Shown here: positions 55,086-64,000 of the stretch, one piece after another
Position numbering within the stretch: position 1 is the first letter of the stretch
How the letters are laid out: every line of letters starts with the position of its first letter
Origin: Eledone cirrhosa
Taxonomy: Eukaryota
Direction: 5' to 3'
Assembly (NCBI GenBank): GCA_964016885.1
Contig: OZ024743.1
Location: 221,464,001-221,528,000 of the forward strand
DNA: 64,000 nt
Notes under the pieces: model-generated
What the model was told of the DNA's origin: nothing
What the model saw: the letters and a program-made list of their open reading frames with translations, nothing else
The model's database searches: none
Position numbers and translations under genes: made by a program

Positions 55086-55920
55086 TTCATTATTTCAATT
55101 AGATTTGTGGAGTGCAGGAGAAAAGAAAGGAATGCGAGAAACGCCAACACACAGGAGGGGAGGGGAGGGATGAGGAAGAAAGCGGGGAGGGGTTAAGAGC
55201 GAGTAATATTAAGGCGATAATGTTGATTATTATGGTGGCGGCGTTGGGGGTGGTTGTGGTGGTGAGGGGCTGGGGGTGCCAACGGTGTTGATGGTGGTGA
55301 TGGAAGTGGTGGTGGTGTTGGTAGTGGTAGGTGATGGTGGCGTTGGTGTTCGTGGTGGTGTTGATATTGGTGGTGGTGTGTATTGGTGGTGGTGTGTATT
55401 GGTCGCGGTGGTGTTGGCGATGGTGGTGGTGGTGCCGGTGGTGATGGGTATTGGTGATGATAGTGGCGGTGTTGTTGGTGGTGGTAGGTGTTGGTGGCGT
55501 TGGTATTCGTGGTGATGTTGATATTGGTGGTGGTGTGTATTGGTTGCGGTGGTGTTGGTAATGGTGATGGTGGTGGCGCCGGTGGTTTGGTGGTGATGAG
55601 TATCGGTGGTGGTGGTGGTGGTGGTCGGTGGTGGTGTTGATTGTGGAGATGGTAGGTGAGGAAGGAGGAGATGGCGAATGAAGATAGAGACATGTTGAAA
55701 GAAGTAGAAAAAAGAAAAAGATGCAGTGGGGTAGTGTGCTTGTGAGGGAAACTGAGAAAGAATGTGGTAGAAAGAAAAAAGAGAGGATATGAAGACGGTG
55801 GAGGAGTGAGGAATGGAGGGAGGGAACAAATAGCAGATGGATATATATATAGAGAGAGAGGGGGAGAGAGGGAGAGAGAAAAAGAGATGGATGGCTGTAA
55901 AATGATAGATGGATAGATAT

Positions 55921-56369
55921 ATTTCTTTATTAGCCACAAGGGCGATGGATAGATATGTTTCTTTTATTTGCCACAAGGGCATCAAAAGTGGGACAAGTAC
56001 AATGGGGGGAGTTTACAAAACAAGGCGTCCTCAATAGGGAGGAGGCAATAACAATATATAAAAATAAAATAAAATATAACAAAAAATAGAATTATAACAA
56101 AATCCTCAATAGAGGATTTTGTTATAAAATATAACAAAAAATAAAATTTATAACAAAATCCTCAATAGAGAGGAGGCGCCTTGGGGGGTCGCACACACCC
56201 CCGAAAAAAGTGTGCAACCCTTTTCCTCAGGAGCACAGAGAGGGGGTGCTCCCTTGTTCCTTCCTCTTTTCCACCTACAGGCTCATGTAAAGAGAAGGCC
56301 CATTCACACGGGCCATTCTCGCCACTTTCACCCACCTTTCATAAAAACGACTGGGGTGCAGCACCTCTC
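55921..56369 (-). mobile_element. two 5'-truncated Tx1-type LINE 3' ends (55921-55943; 55955-56369) in GATA-rich array
   Basis: 56270-56369 is homologous to 61005-61108; GATA repeats on both sides. Confidence 0.8.
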
Positions 56370-56414
56370 TATAGATAGACAGACAAACAGACAGAATCAC
56401 GGCTAGATAAATAA

Positions 56415-56491
<77 letters not shown>

Positions 56492-56595
56492 GATGGAAGC
56501 TTTTTAATTAGTGAGTGCTTCTAAGAATATTTAATGTCTGTATTAGAGCATATGAAATGCATCTGTATAAGTACTTTTATGAATTCTTTCTGCTT

Positions 56596-57732
56596 ATATG
56601 TGTGTACGTATATGTATATATATGTGCGTATGTGTGTATATATGTACGTATATGTCTATATATGTGCGTATATGTGTATATATGTACGTATATGTGTATA
56701 TATGTACGTATATGTCTTTATATGTGCGTATGTGTGTATATATGTACGTATATGTCTATATATGTGTGTATATGCACGTATATGTTCGTATATGTGTATA
56801 TATGTATGTATATGTCTTTATATGTGCGTATGTGTGTATATATGTACGTATATGTCTATATATGTGCGTATATGTGTGTATATGTACATATATGTGCGTA
56901 TATGTGTATATATGTACGTATATGTCTTTATATATGCGTATGTGTGTATATATGTACGTATATGTCTATATATTGTCAATAATTGTCACAAGTGTAGTGT
57001 TTGTACCAGAGTTTTCAAGTCGCTGGCTGGACTAAAAAGTCACACTTGTATAGCCCATCGGTAGGGGTTCTCCTACATGGATATAAAGTAGTGGCCGTAC
57101 TCGAAAACGAGTTGGCAGCCACCATATGTCTATATATGTGCGTATATGTGTGTATATGTACGTAAATGTGCGTATATGTGTATATATGTACGTATATGTC
57201 TTTATATGTGCGTATGTGTGTATATATGTACGTATATGTCTATATATGTGTGTATATGTACGTATATGTGGGTATATGTGTATATATGTACGTATATGTC
57301 TTTATATGTGCGTATGTGTGTATATATGTACGTATATGTCTATATATGTGCGTATATGTGTGTATATGTACGTATATGTGGGTATATGTGTATATATGTC
57401 TTTATATGTGCGTATGTGTGTATATATGTACGTATATGTCTTTATATGTGCGTATGTGTGTATATATGTACGTATATGTCTATATATGTGTGTATATGTA
57501 CGTATATGTGGGTATATGTGTATATATGTACGTATATGTCTTTATATGTGCGTATGTGTGTATATATGTACGTATATGTCTATATATGTGCGTATATGTG
57601 TGTATATGTACGTATATGTGGGTATATGTGTATGTATGTGTGTATATGTACGTATATGTGGGTATATGTGTATATATGTCTTTATATGTGCGTATGTGTG
57701 TATATATGTACGTATATGTCTATATATGTGCG
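56596..57732. repeat. higher-order minisatellite built from ATATGTRCGT/ATATGTCT units
   Basis: Direct inspection. Confidence 0.9.
56974..57123 (+). mobile_element. 150-bp 3' end of RTE/BovB-like LINE with 14-bp TSD
   Basis: HKCSVCTRVFKSLAGLKSHTCIAHR* C2H2-like end; ATATGTCTATATAT at 56960-56973 and 57124-57137. Confidence 0.65.
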
Positions 57733-57944
57733 TTTTATTGTGAGTAGGGAGGGAAGTGAAAGTAGATATGGAGTAGGATTAAAAATATGAATTAAGGGTT
57801 ATATGGGGGTGAGAAGAAGGAAGTGGATGATAGTGTAAGTTATGTTGGGATGTATTGTAGAGGGAGAACAAGAACTGAGTATAGACATGTGGGTGTGTAA
57901 GTGAGAGAATGTGTGTTAGGATAAGTGGGTGTGTGAAGAAATAC

Positions 57945-58765
57945 GTGAGTGTGAGTGAAGGAATGCGTGAAAGGGTGAGAGACTGATTGAGTGAGTGGGT
58001 GAGTGAGTGTAAGTGAAGGAATGCGTGAAAGGGTGAGAGACTGGTTGAGTGAGTGGGTGAGTGAGTGTAAGTGAAGGAATGCGTGAAAAGGGTGAGAGAG
58101 TGATTGAGTGAGTGGCTGAGTGAGTGTAAGTGAAGGAATGCGTGAAAAGGGTGAGAGAGTGATTGAGTGAGTGGGTGAGTGAGTGTAAGTGAAGGAATGC
58201 GTGAAAAGGGTGAGAGAGTGATTGAGTGAGTGGGTGAGTGAGTGTAAGTGAAGGAATGCGTGAAAAGGGTGAGAGAGTGATTGAGTGAGTGGGTGAGTGA
58301 GTGTAAGTGAAGGAATGCGTGAAAAGGGTGAGAGAGTGATTGAGTGAGTGGGTGAGTGAGTGTAAGTGAAGGAATGCGTGAAAAGGTGAGAGAGTGATTG
58401 AGTGAGTGGGTGAGTGAGTGTAAGTGAAGGAATGCGTGAAAAGGTGAGAGACTGATTGAGTGAGTGGGTGAGTGAGTGTAAGTGAAGGAATGCGTGAAAA
58501 GGGTGAGAGAGTGATTGAGTGAGTGGGTGAGTGAGTGTAAGTGAAGGAATGCGTGAAAAGGTGAGAGAGTGATTGAGTGAGTGGGTGAGTGAGTGTAAGT
58601 GAAGGAATGCGTGAAAAGGTGAGAGACTGATTGAGTGAGTGGGTGAGTGAGTGTAAGTGAAGGAATGCGTGAAAAGGGTGAGAGAGTGATTGAGTGAGTG
58701 GGTGAGTGAGTGTAAGTAAAGGAATGCGTGAAAAGGTGAGAGAGTGATTGAGTGAGTGGGTGAGT
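57945..58765. repeat. 58-59-bp minisatellite, ~14 copies
   Basis: GTGAGTGAGTGTAAGTGAAGGAATGCGTGAAAAGGGTGAGAGAGTGATTGAGTGAGTGG. Confidence 0.95.
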
Positions 58766-59219
58766 GGGAGAGTGAGTGAGTGAGTGATTGAGTGGGTGAG
58801 TGAGTGGGTGAGTGGGAGAGTGAGTAGGTGGGTGAGTGGGTGAGTGGGTGAGTGAGTGGGTGGCTGAGGAAATACGAAATTGGGTTAGCGAGTGTAAGAG
58901 AATGCATGCGTGGAAGGGTAAGGGAGAGAGTGAGTGGATGAGTAAGTGAGTGGGTGAGTGGGTTAGTGAGTGGGTGGCTGAGAGAGTGAGTGTGTGGGTG
59001 AGTGAGTGGGTGACTAAGTGATTGGGTGAGTGAGTGGGGAATGAGCGAGTTAGTGATGAGGATGAATGATGAATAGGTAAGAGTGTTAATGGGTGAATCT
59101 GTATGTACATGAGTGTTTGTGAATGTTTTTTTTTTATCTCTGATTGAATGACTTGGTATGTCAGGGAAGGTATGAATGGGTGAGTGAGTGATTGCGTGAA
59201 TCAATGGGTGAGGATTGCG

Positions 59220-59940
59220 TGAATGAGTGAGTGAATGGGTGAGAGAATGAGTGAGAGAATGAGTGAGTGAATGGGTGAGAGAATGAGTGAGAGAATGAGT
59301 GAGTGAATGGGTGAGAGAATGAGTGAGTGAATGGGTGAGAGAATGGGTGAGAGGATGGGTGAGTGAATGGGTGAGAGAATGAGTGAGAGAATGAGTGAGT
59401 GAATGGGTGAGAGACTGAGTGAGAGAATGAGTGAGTGAATGGGTGAGAGAATGAGTGAGTGAATGGGTGAGAGAATGGGTGAGAGGATGGGTGAGAGAAT
59501 AAGTGAGTGAATGGGTGAGAGAATGAGTGAGAGAATGAGTGAGTGAATGGGTGAGAGAATGAGTGAGTGAATGGGTGAGAGAATGGGTGAGAGGATGGGT
59601 GAGAGAATAAGTGAGTGAATGGGTGAGAGAATGAGTGAGAGAATGAGTGAGTGAATGGGTGAGAGAATGAGTGAGAGAATGAGTGAGTGAATGGGTGAGA
59701 GAATGAGTGAGTGAATGGGTGAGAGAATAAGTGAGAGAATGAGTGAGTGAATGGGTGAGAGAATGAGTGAGTGAATGGGTGAGTGAATGGGTGAGTGAAT
59801 CGGTGAGAGGATGGGTGAGAGAATAAGTGAGTGAATGAGTGAATGAGTGAGTGAATGAATGAGTGAGAGAATGAGTGAGAGAATGAGTGAGTGAATGAGC
59901 GAGTGAATGAATAAGAGACTGAGTGAGTGAATGAGTGAAT
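59220..59940. repeat. 12-bp minisatellite (GAATGRGTGAGW)
   Basis: Direct inspection. Confidence 0.93.
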
Positions 59941-60046
59941 GAGCATATAAAGTGTTGGGTTAGTGGGAGGATGAGTAAGTGAACGAGAGAGGAGGAAGTG
60001 GGTAAGCTTATAAATGTTAAATTAGTGTCAAGTGGGAAAAGGAATG

Positions 60047-60114
<68 letters not shown>

Positions 60115-60596
60115 CGTGCGTGCGTGTGTGTGTGTGTGTTTGTGTGTTTGTGAGTGTGTGAGTATCTGTGTGTATATATATAAATATGTATATAAATATA
60201 TATGTATATGAATATGTATGTATATAAATGAGTCTGTGTGTGCATGTGTGCAGAGAGAGTGTGAGAGGAGAAGTCAAATGAGGTGAAGAAAGTGGGAGGG
60301 AGTGAAGTGTATGTGTGTGTGTGTGTGTGTGTGTGAGTGTATGTGTATGTGGGTGTATGCGTGTGTATGTATGTGTATATGTGAGTATGTGTGAGTATGT
60401 GTGTGCAATGAAACAACCTCAATGATAGTTTGAGGCAGTATTGAAATGACTCAGCATTCTGCTTGGAATCACTGAGTGCTTTCGTTCATTAAGTTCATAA
60501 TATCTATGCTACGCACAGTTTCGCAGGCAAGCAAGCGAGAAAGCGCAGATACGCCCATACATACATACACGCAGATATGCATAAATACATTCATAT

Positions 60597-60659
<63 letters not shown>

Positions 60660-60725
60660 TGCTTTGCATATATGCATATATACATTCATACATATTTCTG
60701 CTTTCCTTAACACACACACACCTGC

Positions 60726-60768
<43 letters not shown>

Positions 60769-62088
60769 TGTTTCTTTATTAGCCACAGGGGCACAAAAGA
60801 AGGGGACAAATACAAAGGGGGAAGTTTACATACAATAAAAACGTGTAAAATATTATCACAAATACAATTGAAAAGTTAATCAATTTTCCCCAGTAGGAGG
60901 AGACATTTCATATGGGTAACACATAACCTCGAAAAAAAAAATGTTCAACCCTCAACTCCAGGAGTACGAAGAGTTTGTATCCCTTTCCTCTCTTCCTCCT
61001 TTTCGTCAACCTACAGGCTGATATAGAGAGAAGGCCCATTCACTCGGGCCATTCTCGCCACTTTCACCCACCTTTCATAAACCTTGCTGGGGTACAGCAC
61101 CTCTCTCTCCATCCTGATTCTTCTTCCAAAGTGGTATTTGAAAAAAAGAATCAGTTGTTGGCCGGAGGGAAAGGTGTCTGACCTCAGTCCTTTTAACCTC
61201 GTCCAACATACAGCCTCTTTCGCCATAGCTATCACACAAAGGAAAACCGCCTCTCCTTCGTTTTTGAAGGAGGGTGGCGGTTTGATCATCACAATGGACT
61301 CGGTGGTCAACCGGATTGGTCCCACCCGCGACAATAGTCGTTCTACATAGCCCCACAGGTCGGTAACGCCCGAGCAGTGTATGAATGCGTGCCCACACCG
61401 GTTGATCGGTGAGAAATACCTGGAGATGCCGTAGCCTCAGCGCATGTTTGCGCATCATTAGCCACGGCATTACCAGCCCTCCGTTGGAAGGGTGTTGACA
61501 GCAGACGGATCTCCTCACCAGTGGAGCTTGCTTCTTCCACAGGAACTGGAAGAGCATGCGTTCCATCTTGGTGAGGTATTCACGGCGACAAGGCACGGCA
61601 GTCAAGCGGTAGTAGATGACGGACGCTATCAAAATGTTCGCCATCTCCACTCGACCTTTCAAAGACAGTTTGCACTCTGCCCACTTCTGGGTGAGCGCAA
61701 ATACCTTGGCCATGACCTCGTTCCAGTTTTTCTCCACCTGAAGGTCTGGACCGAACCAGACCCTGAGCAATTTCACCGGTCCGTCCGTCCAGCGTCCAGC
61801 GTCCAGTTGTCGGACGGCATCGGTTTGTCTCTCCACATTCCGAGTTGTAAACCGACAGACTTGTCCGGGTTCAGTTTTGCTCCTGTGAATCTTTCGTATT
61901 CCTGTAGTAGGTTGCCGATTACCTTGATTTCCGAGGTTTTCGACACCATTACCGTCACGTCGTCGGCATAAGCCGACGCCGCTTTTCGCAGTCCCGGTTT
62001 TAAAGGGATGCCCTGCAAAATCTCCAACTTCCGCAGTAGTGGCTCTAGAGTCAATAGGTACAGAATGAAGGAGAGAGGGCATCCCTGA
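60769..62088 (-). mobile_element. 5'-truncated, internally deleted Tx1-type (L1 clade) LINE inserted in (GATA)n
   Basis: QGCPLSFILYLLTLEPLL..AYADDV..TGAKLNPDKS, LSLKGRV, FLW, GGL; 3' end abuts (GATA)11; 5' junction followed by GATAG. Confidence 0.88.
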
Positions 62089-62378
62089 GATAGTATTACA
62101 AATATAATTATATTTCAGCTAGTAATTTTCACTAAATACAATACTTTATTTTGATTGTATACACATAAACGCATATTTACATATATATTATTGTATACAC
62201 ATAAACGCATATTTACATATATTTTATTGTATACACATAAACGCATATTTACATATATATTATTCCCACAGTAACACAGATCTCATATATGCATATATGA
62301 GTTCTGTATGTATGTAAGTATATATATATATATATACGTATGTAAAAGGTAAACAGAAATAATAACACAATCGGTACA

Positions 62379-62445
<67 letters not shown>

Positions 62446-62453
62446 GATACTTG

Positions 62454-62562
<109 letters not shown>

Positions 62563-62639
62563 ACTTGCATGCATACATACATACATACATACATACATAC
62601 ATACATACATACATACATACATACATACATACATACATA

Positions 62640-62978
62640 GTCAGAAAAATACAGGAGAAGGAGGACATCTACGGACCATTGATGAGGAGCTTACAAATCC
62701 AGTATCCAAGATACACCTTTAGCTTCATACCCATCATTATTGGTGCTACGGGTTATATACCAACCCGCTTGGACCAAAGTATGACCGAACTTGGATTTGC
62801 GGACAAAAAGCGCAGCTCCCTAATTCATAGTCTACAAATGGCTGCGATAGCTGGCACCTTCAAAATATGCAAAACATTCTTGCGATTCAAGGGATGACAA
62901 TTTCTTTTCTTTTACAACCTTGCCACCAGGAAGGTGGCCGGTCAAAAAAATATACTCGAAATTAAGAGAAAGAGAAAA
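62640..62978 (+). mobile_element. 3' fragment of R4/Dong-type non-LTR retrotransposon inserted in (CATA)n
   Basis: [47 protein letters not shown]; (TACA)n on both sides. Confidence 0.8.
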
Positions 62979-63184
62979 CATACATACATACATACATATA
63001 CATGTTTCTGTCTGTCGTATGTGTAAAGTCTGTTTACACCAAGCCTCCAAGCTATCAGCTTGTAAGAAATCTGTCCTAGTCATCAACGACAATTTAATTA
63101 CGTATAGTTTGGTGTTACGTATCCGTATTTAACATAAAAGATACACTACGTGAATTGTGAACGTAGCTTAGCTGACTGGTATAA

Positions 63185-63513
63185 CCCTTTACCTTTTAAA
63201 CCGGCTATATCCGGTCAGAATTCTCTCATCTCTTTCTGTTCAAACTAGCCATAACAGGGCACTCATACCGACGTTAACGTATTGTTCTGAAAATAAATAA
63301 TTGTTTCTATTTTTGGCACAAGGCCAGCAATTACCCCAATACATAACCGGTACTTTATTTTATCGACCCCCGTAAGGATGAAAAGCAATCGGTGGTTCTG
63401 AAAATAAATATCAAAATCTCATAGATTTGATATCATGGGAGATAATTCTGAGAGGTAAAGCCTTTACCGTGAAAATACAATAGTATATGTAGAGTAATGT
63501 AAATACTAAAGGG
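63185..63513. mobile_element. degenerate piggyBac-like MITE containing a SINE
   Basis: CCCTTTA.../...TAAAGGG ends with ATAA flanks (degenerate TTAA). Confidence 0.5.
63300..63394 (-). mobile_element. SINE family 1 fragment with 16-bp TSD
   Basis: GTTCTGAAAATAAATA at 63284-63299 and 63395-63410. Confidence 0.85.
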
Positions 63514-63514
63514 A

Positions 63515-64000
63515 TAAGGAGTTCACTTCGCAATCATTATGTCCCGGGGTCGATCCCACTGTGTAACATCTTGAACAAATGTTATTTCCCATAGCCTCAG
63601 TCGACGCAAACCACGTGAGGGAAATTGGGTAGACAGGGGCTGATTGGAAGCCCATCGGATGAACAGTGCCTATAATTCAAATATCCAGCCTTGTCATAAA
63701 CGATGTCGTGCCGAATGGATCTCCCTTAGAATTATGTTAATTAGACACATATCTGTAGAATGCTCGGCCACTAACCCGTTAATTCATGAGCACGCTGTTC
63801 TTTTCATGGAAGAATGCTCAGGCACTTACACGTTAATTTACGACCAGGCTATCCCATTAATTGAAGACTGCTCAGACACTTATACGTTAATTTACGACCA
63901 GGCTGTTCCGTTGATTGAAGAATGCGTGGCCACTTACACGTGAATTTACAAGCAGGCTATTCGGTTGATGGAATAACAGGAACACTCATCGTCGAACCTG
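63515..64000 (+). mobile_element. SINE family 2 with ~50-bp internal tandem repeats
   Basis: GGGTCGATCCCACTGTG B-box-like motif; four copies of CACTTACACGTTAATTTACGACCAGGCT... Confidence 0.7.

Noticed and set aside
54788-55985. Poly-Q/N and His/Pro/Thr-rich ORFs resembling transcription-factor tracts
   Set aside because: Pure trinucleotide repeat translations without any domain.
57779-60422. 860-aa and 443-aa His/Ser/Leu/Thr-rich ORFs
   Set aside because: Translations of 59-bp and 12-bp minisatellites.

Overview
AT-rich, microsatellite-saturated eukaryotic genomic DNA. The tRNA-derived SINE families and repeat landscape look like an octopod cephalopod, which is my inference. I found no host protein-coding exon, rRNA, tRNA or CRISPR array that I can support; almost all ORFs in the track are translations of simple repeats. 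The window is a dense nest of mobile elements: Penelope-like elements (PLEs) of at least three clades (a near full-length GC-rich Poseidon/Penelope-type copy, a Naiad-type 3' half and several Neptune-type remnants), an RTE-X LINE, Tx1-type LINE copies, R4/Dong-type fragments, an RTE/BovB-like tail, a deleted mariner, Helitrons, MITEs and many SINEs. The main hidden signal is about 18 intact-core type I hammerhead ribozyme motifs (CUGANGA...GAAA...NUH closed by a paired stem I), plus several degenerate ones, from about 10 unrelated sequence families. They sit in PLE pseudo-LTRs and in short non-coding, retrozyme-like elements, nearly all inserted in (TA)n arrays. Many have a foldback or partial-tandem-plus-inverted architecture with two outward-facing 3' ends that each stop at an internal TA run. 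In one element (33389-34540) the 5' end of the sense copy coincides with the predicted ribozyme cleavage site. Other retroelement classes occupy other microsatellites: Tx1 in (GATA)n and R4/Dong in (CATA)n and (TAA)n.
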